IMG/VR virus record: IMGVR_UViG_3300025585_000039
Span: 16,004-80,003 of that record
From: a virus
Direction: 5' to 3' (one strand)
DNA: 64,000 nt
The translations under genes were made by a program, and so were the position numbers. Below are positions 36,844 through 47,900 of this stretch, piece after piece. The first letter of the stretch is position 1, and each line of letters begins with the position of its first letter. The notes below the pieces were generated by a model that saw nothing but the letters and a program-made list of their open reading frames with translations, had not been told where the DNA came from and did no database searches.

Positions 36844-37386
36844 TTAAAGCGTTTCACTCCAAACTGGTATATATCTACCATCTTCAGTCTTTACATATGT
36901 AAGTATACCGTCCCCCATTCGCCTTGTCAACTCTTGGCGTGAGGGTGTTATATCATTTGTAATTAATTTATCTTTTCTTGGCCTGCCAATATGGTATGTA
37001 GCCAATATATCACGAATTTCCTTTACCTGCGATTCAGAATAATATGATCTAACTTGCCAACCCCTAGCCCCACCCTTTTGAGATCCCATTGGAAATGGAA
37101 TAACCCCACGCTTCATAAGTGATGGCATATACTTTTTGTGTCTATTTACAAGTTCTGCAGTTTCTCCAACTGTATAGGCACGTTCTCTATTATTTTTAAA
37201 ATCACTAATAAGACAACTTTCAATTCTATCTTTTGTAATATTATAAACAGACATTATTCCATTAGAACGATTTAAATGATGAACTCGAACAAGATCACCA
37301 TTTAGAAACCAAACCTTTTTGTTTCCAGGAATTACAGAGGCGTTATTGTAACCTTCGCTCTCAATGCTTCCTTTTTTAATAGCCAT
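36844..37386 (-). CDS. hypothetical DNA-binding protein with a MerR-like HTH
   Basis: AYTVGETAELVNRH...RGVIP...RSYYSESQV. Confidence 0.6.
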   Translation of the reverse strand: MAIKKGSIESEGYNNASVIPGNKKVWFLNGDLVRVHHLNRSNGIMSVYNITKDRIESCLISDFKNNRERAYTVGETAELVNRHKKYMPSLMKRGVIPFPMGSQKGGARGWQVRSYYSESQVKEIRDILATYHIGRPRKDKLITNDITPSRQELTRRMGDGILTYVKTEDGRYIPVWSETL

Positions 37387-37523
37387 TGTCCCTCATTTGA
37401 ATCAGTTGGTGGGTGAAAAAATTTGCGTGATCCACATGTCAAACAAAAAGTTTCTAAGTGATCGGCTTTAGTATATTGTCTATCTAGAAACATTCTTTTG
37501 TGACACTTATCACATTTTAACAT
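37332..37523 (-). CDS. zinc-ribbon protein
   Basis: CxxC...CxxCG. Confidence 0.7.
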   Translation of the reverse strand: MLKCDKCHKRMFLDRQYTKADHLETFCLTCGSRKFFHPPTDSNEGQWLLKKEALRAKVTITPL

Positions 37524-37966
37524 TAGTTCGGAATACCAATAACTATTAGATTGACCCCAACAGTTAAGTTTCCGCTAGTGTTAAAACGAACTACACCCTC
37601 TACCCTAGAAGTATTAACTGTTTTTAATACCACAGATACATTTCCACCTGCTGGTGTACCGCCAACATTTATTGGTGTTGCTGTACAAATTGGTGCATAC
37701 TTGAAGTCTGCTGGAAAGTCATATGAAAATGATTTTTCGTTTCCGCTGTTTACAGTAGTATCTGAATAAATATTTACATATCCACCGATGATTCTGGCTT
37801 CAGATGCTTTGACACTTTGCTTGCCTGCATTAACAGTATCAACGGTTACATACTTATAAGTAGATGGTGAAATTTGGCTGGCAAGATCATTGACTGCATT
37901 AGCAATCTGATAGATGTAGGTCACATCCATTGGCTGACCTCGTTCTGGTAGTGGTATTTTTGACAT
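37523..37966 (-). CDS. putative minor tail protein
   Basis: PLPERGQP N-terminus; beta-rich C-terminus; end of the tail block. Confidence 0.55.
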   Translation of the reverse strand: MSKIPLPERGQPMDVTYIYQIANAVNDLASQISPSTYKYVTVDTVNAGKQSVKASEARIIGGYVNIYSDTTVNSGNEKSFSYDFPADFKYAPICTATPINVGGTPAGGNVSVVLKTVNTSRVEGVVRFNTSGNLTVGVNLIVIGIPN

Positions 37967-37982
37967 AGTATCTCCTTATCCA

Positions 37983-37991
37983 ATTATACCA
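37983..37991 (-). promoter_or_regulatory. extended -10 promoter TGGTATAAT overlapping the upstream stop codon
   Basis: Perfect motif followed by SD AAGGAG. Confidence 0.55.
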
Positions 37992-38412
37992 AAGGTTCGG
38001 TACCTTCGTATATTGTTAATTTTGTATTTCTTTCTTTTGTAATTCCTTCGAATTGAATTGCTACACTTACGCTATTTGCCGTTTCTTTTAAAAATGAGAA
38101 ACTATGTACGTATGATGTACCAGCATATTTATACTGACCATTATCAAATTTAACAAAAACATCATAGGCATCTTTATTTACATTGTTATCTGAATCACTC
38201 CATACAACATTTATAGTTTTAGATCCAACCTCAATAACACCAGTAACAGTAGTTGGGGTTTTTTCAACTAGGTTATATTGTGGAGACCAATGTGACATTC
38301 TGTTTCTATCTTCAGAAATAATCCTGTATCTTAAAATAACATTATTATCTTTACCAAGTGGTGGTAAATCAGAAGACTTTATAACAACCTTCTTTATTCC
38401 TGCATCTGACAT
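37984..38412 (-). CDS. putative tail protein
   Basis: YRIISEDRNRMSHWSP, FN3-like beta-rich; position. Confidence 0.55.
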   Translation of the reverse strand: MSDAGIKKVVIKSSDLPPLGKDNNVILRYRIISEDRNRMSHWSPQYNLVEKTPTTVTGVIEVGSKTINVVWSDSDNNVNKDAYDVFVKFDNGQYKYAGTSYVHSFSFLKETANSVSVAIQFEGITKERNTKLTIYEGTEPLV

Positions 38413-39569
38413 TATTGCACATCCAGGGCAAATCTAAATTCTAGGTAATTAGTTGTATTTTGTAATTTTACAATTGTTTCTGCATTTGTATTTTTAATAA
38501 CAGAATATCCAGTTAATCCGTACAAAGCATTTTCTGTTGAAACATTTTCAAGTCTCATTGCATCAATACACACAAAGAAATTTTCTGATGGCTCACCATT
38601 TTTAATAACACATGAATAAATCTTTACAACATTAATAGCACTCCAGGCAAATGGGTTTGTTTTAAATAGTTCTTGTAATTGCTTTTTGACAACAACATAT
38701 CGGTTAGTGCTAAAGTCATACTGTCCTGATCCTGTGCCATTTGGTACATCGATTTCTAATTTTGCTGTTTGGCTAGATGATAAATTAGATCCACCATCAT
38801 CTGAAGAAAATTCAACAATAATACGAACAGCATCTGGAACTTCATTTGAATCTGCAATAGTATTTGCTACACTGAAAGCAAATCGTAACTCATCTGTTGG
38901 TGCATTCTTGCTAAAGTCTGCTACTAATCCAGATTGATGAATATGGTTCTCATCTCCAACAACGGAAAGTCTAGAAATACCATTAACTGTTTGTTTTTGA
39001 ATATTGCAATGATTACCTCTAACAGCAACAATATTATTTAAAAATCGGCAACGCTCATATCTTGCAACTCTGTTTGCATCATTAAATACTCTATTGTTAG
39101 CGTTTGTTTGTAAAACATTGAGATCTGTAACAATATTATTACTATCTTCTGAACCATTTAGTGGTGTGTATATTGATGGAATTGACGTTGCCTGCTCTTC
39201 TCCAGAAAGGTGCTCTTCCCAGTTTTCCTCTGGAGAATAAGCAAACAAAGTTTTACTGTCATAAGCACCTGCTGTATTATTGGATCCTGCAGAATAAATT
39301 CCTACTTCAGATAACTCATATCTTTCTTCACTAGGTAGTTCAGCAGTAAATACAATCTTAGAAATACCGTTCTCAGTTACAAAGCCACGAGAAGCAATTG
39401 GAACACGAAACATCTCAAAATCTAGGTTTGTCTTATTTGAATAATCTGCAAAGTTGTCCCCAGTATCTAGAGGGGTTGGTCCACATCCAACAGCAATGTA
39501 AGAGGCGTAGGCTGGAGCCTGGCCAATAAGGTATTTGGCTAAAATTCTTTTCCCAGTATTAGTAATCAT
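38412..39569 (-). CDS. putative tail tip/baseplate protein
   Basis: MITNTGK..LAK...YIAVG.G N-terminus typical of tail-fibre/baseplate attachment domains. Confidence 0.6.
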   Translation of the reverse strand: MITNTGKRILAKYLIGQAPAYASYIAVGCGPTPLDTGDNFADYSNKTNLDFEMFRVPIASRGFVTENGISKIVFTAELPSEERYELSEVGIYSAGSNNTAGAYDSKTLFAYSPEENWEEHLSGEEQATSIPSIYTPLNGSEDSNNIVTDLNVLQTNANNRVFNDANRVARYERCRFLNNIVAVRGNHCNIQKQTVNGISRLSVVGDENHIHQSGLVADFSKNAPTDELRFAFSVANTIADSNEVPDAVRIIVEFSSDDGGSNLSSSQTAKLEIDVPNGTGSGQYDFSTNRYVVVKKQLQELFKTNPFAWSAINVVKIYSCVIKNGEPSENFFVCIDAMRLENVSTENALYGLTGYSVIKNTNAETIVKLQNTTNYLEFRFALDVQ

Positions 39570-40060
39570 TAATTATTCACCTCATATATTGTATCATTAA
39601 GTAGGTCCCCAGCGTTTAGCATTTGAACCTCTACCTGCTCGTCTTCTTCTAGGTTAATAACATTAATAATGATGTCCCCAGTTTCTGAATCGATATAGAC
39701 AATTTCCCCATTGGGTCCAGTACCAACATCTGGCACCTTGTTTTCAAACTTGATTGGGAAATTCTTAAAAAATGTATTTGCAGTATTTTGTAATGATAAA
39801 ACATTTTGTGGATTATATTGCAAATAAATGCTTGTTAGGTTTTTGATTGGTTGGTAGGATACTAGTTGACCTGCAACAATATCGTTTCTTGCTATATTAA
39901 TAATTTCCTCAGCACCTATATCCTCAAATAGAAGGTCTGTCATTACCTCTACTGGTACGACCTCTTCTGTTGTAATAATTAGATCAGGTGTCGCTACTTT
40001 GATTCCTGACGTTGATGTTGATGGAACAATTGTTGGTAAGTTGGGTGTTGCCTCTACCAT
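39569..40060 (-). CDS. putative tail protein
   Basis: Position and TAATG coupling. Confidence 0.55.
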   Translation of the reverse strand: MVEATPNLPTIVPSTSTSGIKVATPDLIITTEEVVPVEVMTDLLFEDIGAEEIINIARNDIVAGQLVSYQPIKNLTSIYLQYNPQNVLSLQNTANTFFKNFPIKFENKVPDVGTGPNGEIVYIDSETGDIIINVINLEEDEQVEVQMLNAGDLLNDTIYEVNN

Positions 40061-43000
40061 TATTTTACCTCACTTAAAAATACCGTCATGTTAGGGCCAT
40101 GACCATCTTTGCTATATTCAATATTATATACTACAAAACGGTCTGTATCTGAAACCAAAACATCTACATCTTCTTGTTTAAATTTAATATTAACAATATC
40201 TCCAAGTTGTAATGTTGGCATTGCAAATATTTTAAGACCAATAGATTTTCTTGGCTTAGAGATTTTTGAAATAATCCATTCCATCATATTTTGTGCATCG
40301 TCATATGATTGTATGTATGGTGCATTTAATGAAAAATCTTTTTTACCATGAGTTAATCTACTTATTTTAATATCCTCATAAAGTTTATTAACCTTAAATG
40401 GAGAAGATATTAAATTGGTTCCCTTAAATTGTGGATTAGAAAAATTAGAATTTTTAGTAAAATATTCATCCACAGTATAATCATTCTGAGACTGCTGCGT
40501 AAATGTTACGCCCTGAATTCTTAAATAATTTCCACTACCGCTGTCCAAACTTAATGCTTTGTCTGTTGCATTAAATACCATAAATTCTGCTGCATACGAT
40601 CCTGCCCTAAAGCCAGAGACGGTATATCCCTTAATGTTATTAAATGTTGGTGACAATTTTGCATAAAGTGCAGGAAAGGCTTTATCATATTTTACATTAA
40701 AGTAATGTGCCTCTCTCATGATTGTGCCAAATTCGTCAAAGTATATCTTATATGCAGGTGGTTCTGCTGGATTGATTCCAGATAGGTATGTGCCCTGAAT
40801 TACACCACTCATTGCATATTTTCTAAAAGCCTCATTGGTATTAATTTCACTATCAGAATATATATTGTTTATAGGTAGGTCTAGGGCATATGCGGTATTC
40901 TGACTATAGTTATTTGTTAATGCATAAACATTTTCAAACATTACCCTGGAAGATCCACGCAAAAATAATGCCATATTATTATATTTTGGTAGAGGATCTG
41001 TATCATCTACTGTAGCAACAAGTCTGTTATTAATATACAAGAAAAACCTTCTTATATTTCCTATGTCCAAATATTCTACTCCAAGGTCATATACCGTTTG
41101 CTTATCTTGTCCAGAAATTCTATATTGGCCAACAAGCGTTCCAGAGTCTACTAAAACCTCGGCAAGTCCAGACCATAGTTTAATTGGAACTGCTAATTCA
41201 CCAGATGCGTCTTTTTTAATTTTATAAAAAATAACATTACTTACTCCAGAATCCTGATCACTATACGCCTCTATATTGTTTGCTGTAAGTGCTGCCAACT
41301 CAAAGTAATATCCATTGTTTGTATTTGGATTAACCATAACTGCTAAACCACCAGAAGATCCACCAATCTGTAAACTATTTTGTGGGGTGGTTCCTGTAAC
41401 AGTATAATATATACCAGTTCCAATTGGTGTTTGACCACGACTCTCACTATTTTCAATTTTACCAATAATACGCATACGTGTACCAAAATGCTTAAATCTA
41501 TCATTCAATGGTTTATAAACATAAGAAATATAATCTAATGGTCTATCTGCTGTTGCAAAAGAAGGGCCATTCATTACCAGAGCAGATGACTGAACGGTAC
41601 CAGTATCTGTACTCTTTTTGCTATTAACTTCTGTTTCTGTTAAATATCTACTTGACAAAAAGTTTCTAATAATTCCATTTCTTGTAGTGTTATTAGCAAG
41701 TGTTTGTCTCATACCTGCGACACCTTCAACTGTTGCAGGCAATACCTTATCTGTAAATAAATAGTCTGCATTCATTTGACATGCACGAACATACGCATTG
41801 TCTGACCAGTTAGATGCTAGTCCTGCGTTATGTGAAACTATAGGTGTTCCAAATTGTCCTCTACCGTGTTTTGCAACTGCACCATTTTTGAGCATAAGGA
41901 CTCCGCCAACCTCTTCATAGTTTGGTTCGCTATAAATTCTGATCAATCCAGTTGGATAGATTTTTCCATTAAAAGGTAGTTTAGAAAAATAGTTCTGATA
42001 CTCTTGTGTGCTTGTAATCCAAACATTTCCAAATCCAGAAATGTTAAATTGTGCAGCATCAAATTTGATAATTTCACCATTGGCATAGAAGTATCCATTG
42101 TATCTGGTTAACCAGGAAATGCCTTCACCAAAGTCCATGGTATTGTTTACAACCATTCTATTTACTACTGTCGGTACAGCACTTGAAAGATCTGTATTTA
42201 ATGGAATAGCAGCAAGGGCAAAGTTGGACATATTTGTAACGTTTTGATTAACAGACTTGATTGCTTCTGTACCCGTGGCTTCCCACAATAGAGCAGGTTG
42301 ATAAATCCAGGTCTTGTCTTGATCAACCATGCTTGCCTGCTTGATTGAGCCATACTGTCTTTGTATATGCTTTGTATTATATGTAATTCTTCCATCATTG
42401 ATAATTGCATTGTCTTGAGAGGCAACTTCAATAATGTTAGCCAATTTTGTTGATGTTGGTTTATTTTTGTAGACACCAGTTTTTTCAAAATCTTGTGTAC
42501 CATATAGTGTCATGTCAATGCCTCTTTGTGTTTCAGAAGGCATAATATAATTTTTTGACATCATTACAAAATTATTATATTCATCAAAAAACATTGCTGT
42601 CTGTGTTGATACTGCTAAATCGTTTAAAATTTCTGCCACAGTTTTATCTGGTGGAATATAGAAAAATGGAATAATAGCATTTGCTTCATTATTAATAAAC
42701 TTAAAGACATAGTTAGAAAATCCAACTGAGTCCAACAACAAAGAAACAGCATATGTTAGTGACGCATCTTGGATCAACATCTGAGGGGCAGTAATTGATT
42801 CAAAATAAAAATATAAATCTCTTAATGTTATGTCAACCTGTCTTGTATTTGCATTGATGGCAGGAAAACCTTCGGAGTACATTGTCTTGATTGGAATATA
42901 ATAATCATATCCATCAACATTTACAATAATCTCATAAAACTTAATTTGAAGATGTCTTGATGTATACTTTGCAATAATGCTATTTGGATTATTAATATTA

Positions 43001-44340
43001 AAAGAATTGTTATAGTCAAATAGTTGTAGCATACCAGTTGATGCTAATAGTTGACCAACAGGTAGTGCTGAGCCAGATAGATCAGATGCCGACTTTGTTA
43101 TTGAATAGTTTGTTGTCAAATCAGAAATATTGGCTGATAGTCTTGGCGAAAGTTCAATAAGGTCAAATGTAGAGTTGGCCTTGTTCATAGTTTCTACCAC
43201 TATTCTGATACCCTGAATATATTCAAACTGTCTATACTTATTAGATGCTGTCATAGGATCATTAAAATAATCTGGATTTGATAAGTCTGTTACAAAGTTG
43301 GTGAGTCTATCTACCGTTTCTTCTTGTAGATACCATCCATATGTTGGTACAAAGGTTTCATAGGCTTCTCCAGTCCAAATATGAAATGTTCCAATATCAT
43401 GCTGGCTATTTTTAATTAAGTAAGCATATCCAACAATAGACTTTTCTGGTAAAAAGGTGATTGTATTATAGTCTTCTGCATAAATAAAGATGTCCCTATA
43501 TTTATCTGGAACAATTAATCCATATGCAAGTTCAACATAGCCGTCAGACTTAATAATCTTAGTTCCATCTTTTCTAACAGATGCTTTATTAAAAGATATT
43601 GCATCGACCCAATTATTATTTTTTAAAAACTGTACCTTCCATTTTTGTGGAGTTGTTTGGTTAGCATCTCCATATAGTGGATCTGAGAATGTTCCTGCAT
43701 TTGTTGAGAAAGGTCCAAGATCTGTTGAGCCAACATTTGTTTGCATTTTGATTACTACTCTATTTGATGGTACCTGATCTTTATAAACTACATATGGAGC
43801 AGTATCATCAATATAGAAATCGCCATTAATATTGTTATTAGCAAGACCACGCTCTACGTTATTCTCTGTACGAAAAGATGTCCAGTATTTAAAAGTATCG
43901 TTTTTGTCTGCCATGTAATATCTTGGTCTTGTTGACATATTCAAATTAGAATGATGGACATATTTGCCATTTAAATAAACTGCCTTATTAATACCAGATC
44001 TAGGTCTAATCACACCGAAGCAATCTTCTAGAGAGTATAACAGTTTCATCTTATCTTTTACTGATTTAAATACTTGTGGCTGATCATCCTCATCAATTCC
44101 ACCATCAACTGTAATATCTGAATCAGTTGCATCTGTATAATGTCCGTTAATATCATTTTCATCAAATGACGGATTGATATTTTTATACAGAGATTCAGGG
44201 TCTGTTGGTCTATATCTATAATTTCCAATTTGTAAAATATTTGTTGGAATATTCATGTTCCACTCAGCCACAATTGCTGACTGTGTTTTAATTGTAGAAG
44301 AAGTCTCTAGATGATTTTGTAGATCTGTATCTTGAAACAT
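40060..44340 (-). CDS. large tail tip / hub protein
   Basis: About 1426 aa, second gene after the TMP; C-terminal P.LQLGDIV hub-like motif. Confidence 0.7.
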   Translation of the reverse strand: MFQDTDLQNHLETSSTIKTQSAIVAEWNMNIPTNILQIGNYRYRPTDPESLYKNINPSFDENDINGHYTDATDSDITVDGGIDEDDQPQVFKSVKDKMKLLYSLEDCFGVIRPRSGINKAVYLNGKYVHHSNLNMSTRPRYYMADKNDTFKYWTSFRTENNVERGLANNNINGDFYIDDTAPYVVYKDQVPSNRVVIKMQTNVGSTDLGPFSTNAGTFSDPLYGDANQTTPQKWKVQFLKNNNWVDAISFNKASVRKDGTKIIKSDGYVELAYGLIVPDKYRDIFIYAEDYNTITFLPEKSIVGYAYLIKNSQHDIGTFHIWTGEAYETFVPTYGWYLQEETVDRLTNFVTDLSNPDYFNDPMTASNKYRQFEYIQGIRIVVETMNKANSTFDLIELSPRLSANISDLTTNYSITKSASDLSGSALPVGQLLASTGMLQLFDYNNSFNINNPNSIIAKYTSRHLQIKFYEIIVNVDGYDYYIPIKTMYSEGFPAINANTRQVDITLRDLYFYFESITAPQMLIQDASLTYAVSLLLDSVGFSNYVFKFINNEANAIIPFFYIPPDKTVAEILNDLAVSTQTAMFFDEYNNFVMMSKNYIMPSETQRGIDMTLYGTQDFEKTGVYKNKPTSTKLANIIEVASQDNAIINDGRITYNTKHIQRQYGSIKQASMVDQDKTWIYQPALLWEATGTEAIKSVNQNVTNMSNFALAAIPLNTDLSSAVPTVVNRMVVNNTMDFGEGISWLTRYNGYFYANGEIIKFDAAQFNISGFGNVWITSTQEYQNYFSKLPFNGKIYPTGLIRIYSEPNYEEVGGVLMLKNGAVAKHGRGQFGTPIVSHNAGLASNWSDNAYVRACQMNADYLFTDKVLPATVEGVAGMRQTLANNTTRNGIIRNFLSSRYLTETEVNSKKSTDTGTVQSSALVMNGPSFATADRPLDYISYVYKPLNDRFKHFGTRMRIIGKIENSESRGQTPIGTGIYYTVTGTTPQNSLQIGGSSGGLAVMVNPNTNNGYYFELAALTANNIEAYSDQDSGVSNVIFYKIKKDASGELAVPIKLWSGLAEVLVDSGTLVGQYRISGQDKQTVYDLGVEYLDIGNIRRFFLYINNRLVATVDDTDPLPKYNNMALFLRGSSRVMFENVYALTNNYSQNTAYALDLPINNIYSDSEINTNEAFRKYAMSGVIQGTYLSGINPAEPPAYKIYFDEFGTIMREAHYFNVKYDKAFPALYAKLSPTFNNIKGYTVSGFRAGSYAAEFMVFNATDKALSLDSGSGNYLRIQGVTFTQQSQNDYTVDEYFTKNSNFSNPQFKGTNLISSPFKVNKLYEDIKISRLTHGKKDFSLNAPYIQSYDDAQNMMEWIISKISKPRKSIGLKIFAMPTLQLGDIVNIKFKQEDVDVLVSDTDRFVVYNIEYSKDGHGPNMTVFLSEVK

Positions 44341-44999
44341 TATACCTCTTCCAGGGTTACATTGATATTCCACATGTCATGACCAACAATGCCACCTTCT
44401 GACGATGTTCCAGTACCCCTCTTAGCAACATTATATGAAAAGTTTGATATATAAACTTCAATCAATTCGTTATATTGGTTAATGTGTCCAAATGGTTCTT
44501 CAGCATTTTTAAAGTTCTTATAGTTATCATATGCAAGAAACATCCAGAATGGACCAGTATGATTATTGTACCAATCTAATAACTCTACTCCACCTGCTCC
44601 ACCATCAGCAGTATATTCGTATTCGCTCTTATGGTATGGAGACTTTCCTTGAGAATTAAATTCAGCATTCATGTTATATGCTCTAGATGGAAGCATATCC
44701 CAAGACATTGAAACTGTCATCTTGTCTGCTGTATGGTAAGACCTCATCCTACCATTAATCATTCTCTCACGTGTTTCTATTCTGGTTGGTGAAAAATCTA
44801 ATGGAGATCTATTGTGATCTGATAAAATAAGGAATTGGTTATATAGTGTTGTATCTGATGTACCGCCAGTATACTGACCAACCTCTAACCCATTTGGAAC
44901 ATACAGTCCATTAACAAGCGTTCCAGAATTCTCTGACCATAAAACTGCCTGTGGTCTTTGATATCTTTGTCTACCATTCATATAGGCCGTGGTACTCAT
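44340..44999 (-). CDS. distal tail protein-like
   Basis: Directly follows the TMP; RMINGRMRSYH..DK, WNINVTLEEV. Confidence 0.6.
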   Translation of the reverse strand: MSTTAYMNGRQRYQRPQAVLWSENSGTLVNGLYVPNGLEVGQYTGGTSDTTLYNQFLILSDHNRSPLDFSPTRIETRERMINGRMRSYHTADKMTVSMSWDMLPSRAYNMNAEFNSQGKSPYHKSEYEYTADGGAGGVELLDWYNNHTGPFWMFLAYDNYKNFKNAEEPFGHINQYNELIEVYISNFSYNVAKRGTGTSSEGGIVGHDMWNINVTLEEV

Positions 45000-47900
45000 T
45001 ATACTCTTTGCCCCCTAAGTTTTTGAGAATCAATTCTTCGCAATTGTGCCATTACAGTTTGTGCAATGTCTTCTGGTGAAGCATCGGATTGAGCATTTAC
45101 TGTCAAGTTATAATTATACATGCTATCACCAATAGATTTTCCGCTATTAATTGCTTTCATTCTATCCAAACCAAAATTACTTACGGCATAACGACTCATA
45201 ACAAATTCTCCAGGTGTTAGCATTGCTGGAACAGTATCTGTTCCCTTTGCATAGCCACCAGCAACAAAATATTTTGGAATAATTCCACCAGCAGATCTAT
45301 AATATGAATCTTCATACATCATGATTTTTGTTGCTTTTGTTGCAGCCTCTGCTTCTTTAAGTTTTTGTAATGCTGCTGCTTGTTTTTCTGCTGCTGCTTG
45401 CTGTGCTGCATATGCAATTGCTTGTCCAGTATAACGTGCTGAGGACATTACTCCTGATACGCCACCTAATGCAGCAGTAGCCGCTTTATCAGATAATAGG
45501 CTTGCTGCCATATCATTAGCAATCTTGCTTGCAGAAGTATCTGTGGTTGTTCCATTCTTTATTGATGTAAGTAGTTTATCTGTTTCGGTTTTTACCGTTG
45601 CATTTGTCTTATCAATATTTCCTGGGTTTGTGGTTGTACCATTGCCTCCGCCTCCGCCACCACCGCCACCGCCAGTGGCACCAGTTCCTGCCTTAAATGC
45701 TGCTTGTGCTGCGATGGCACCATTGATGGCTGCTATAACGGCATTCCATGCCTGCTCAACAGATATAACACCTGATGCAACAGCGTCCAGATCAATAGCC
45801 ATTGTGTCTAGATAATCATTTGTTGCATTAACTGCTTCTTTAATTAACTCCCACTCAGCCTTAGATCTTCCTTGTTTATCAATAATAGCATCGATTGCCT
45901 TTTGCATATCAGTGTTATATTTATTAATAACTTCATTCATCTTATCAAGTTTATCTTGCTCAGCCTTAACCAAATCTTGTGCTTTTTTCAAAGTGGTTTG
46001 TTGAATGGTATAAATCTCATCTTCTTTAGTTCTAACCATTTCTTGCAACTGTGTTCTTGTATAGAGAACGCCATTAATATCAACCTGAATCTTTTCAATT
46101 TCTTTTTGTTGTTGAATCTCTAGTTGCTTCTTGCGTTCTTGCAAAGCGTCAATAGATGACTGTGTGGAGTTTTCTGCAGCCTTGGCCTGCATATCTTGTG
46201 CAATTTGTGCAGCAGCAGAAATGTCACCTTGAGACAAAGCATCGGCAAGGCTTGTTTTTTGTTTTTCCTGCTCAGCAAGTTTAGAATTAATATCCTTAAC
46301 TTTATTTAATGCTTCAATTTGTGAATCAATAGCATCGGTTCTCTTCTTGTAGGCATCATTGATTTTATCTTCTTCTCTACCAATTAAATCAAGGCCTCTA
46401 TTCCAAAGAGCAATTTCTTCTTGCTTTTTATCAATTGCTTCATTAATTGCATCAACTTCTTTTTGTTTTGCTTTAACGACTTCTTCTTGTGCTGAAATTG
46501 CCTGTTGATATTTTTCTGGGGACATGCCCTGTTGTTCAATAAAGTTCTTTCTCTGTTGCTGTTTAATAACAACTTCCTGATATTTGAAATATTGATCAAC
46601 TTTGTCTGCTTCAGTTTCCTGTTCTTGTTGTGCAGCAAACTTAGCAGCCTTTAATTCTTTAGCAAGTTGTTTTGTTGCTTCTGCTCCAGCCTTGGCACCA
46701 GCAATAAAATTCTTAAAGTCATTAGAGTTAATATCTTCTGCTGCTATGTTAGCAGTCAATGCAGCATTTTCCAATACTGCTAAAATCTGACTTGCAGATA
46801 GGCCAGCCTTTTGTAATTTACCAAATGCAGTAACTTGCTCTTGTGTATTTATAACAATTTGTTGTTGTTGATCAACAAATGTCATTAAAGAATTTTCTTT
46901 AGTAAATTGAAGAATTGCCTTACCCAAATCTCCAAAAATAACCTTTCCATCTTTAAGTCTATAAATTCTATCGCCAAGTTTTTTCAATGTTTCAGAATCA
47001 ATATTATTAATAATGTCAATTGCTTCTTGTGTTGCACCAGCACTACGCATTAGGTTGTCCATGCCCTTGAAGCCAGACATGTCCTTGCTTAATGCTTTAA
47101 CAAAATCATTATATGAACCAAGGGCGTTGATTGATTCTAATTTAAACATCTTTAATTTTTTCATTAACTCATCTGTAAATAATGTCTTACGAGTGTTGCC
47201 AGTAGTATCTGTAATAGTTTTTGTGCCTGGAGTTTCTTTTGGATTTTGTAATACCTTTGCAGCCTCTTCTTGTGCTTTTTTAGCATCAGCAATAGTTTTC
47301 TTAAGTCTTGCTTCTTCTAAAATTAAAGCACTATTTGCTCTATCTCCTGCCAATGCCTTTTGAACTTTGTCAAGTGCTTTTTGTGCTTCCTGTATTGTCA
47401 TTTGAGCAATAGCACCCTTACTCAAATCTGATGTTTGAATAATCTTAATAGCAACTGAATATTCTTTGCCAGAAATCTGTTCTAATATTTTTGGAATAAG
47501 AACAAGATCCATCATTGTCAAACTTCCATTAGCAAATCCCATCATCAGGGAAATTTGTGTATTTTTTGGTAACTTGGCCAAATCATCTTTAATTCTTTTT
47601 GCAAATTTTGGATTTGATTTTTCTAATGTAGAAAATACCTGTGTAGCAAGATCTGCCAAAGAATCCTTGGCTAATTCACCACTACTATCAATTTTATCTA
47701 ATGCCTTAACTAATTCGACTGTAGATGATCCAATACCTGCAAAATTATTCCAAATAGCATCAAATTGTTTATTATAATCTTCTTGTTTAATTGCGCCATC
47801 TGCATACTGCTGATTTAATACAGCCAAACTTTGTGTTTGTTGTTGAAATGCTAAATCTAATTGCATTGATGCTAATTGCACCTTAGATTGTAAATCTTTA

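Noticed and set aside
36692-36844. ORF of about 50 aa starting at a TAATG overlap in the intergenic region
   Set aside because: Runs through hairpins and the promoter and has no recognisable motif; probably spurious
45640-45680. GC-rich (CCG/CCA)n tract
   Set aside because: Encodes a poly-Gly linker in the tape measure protein
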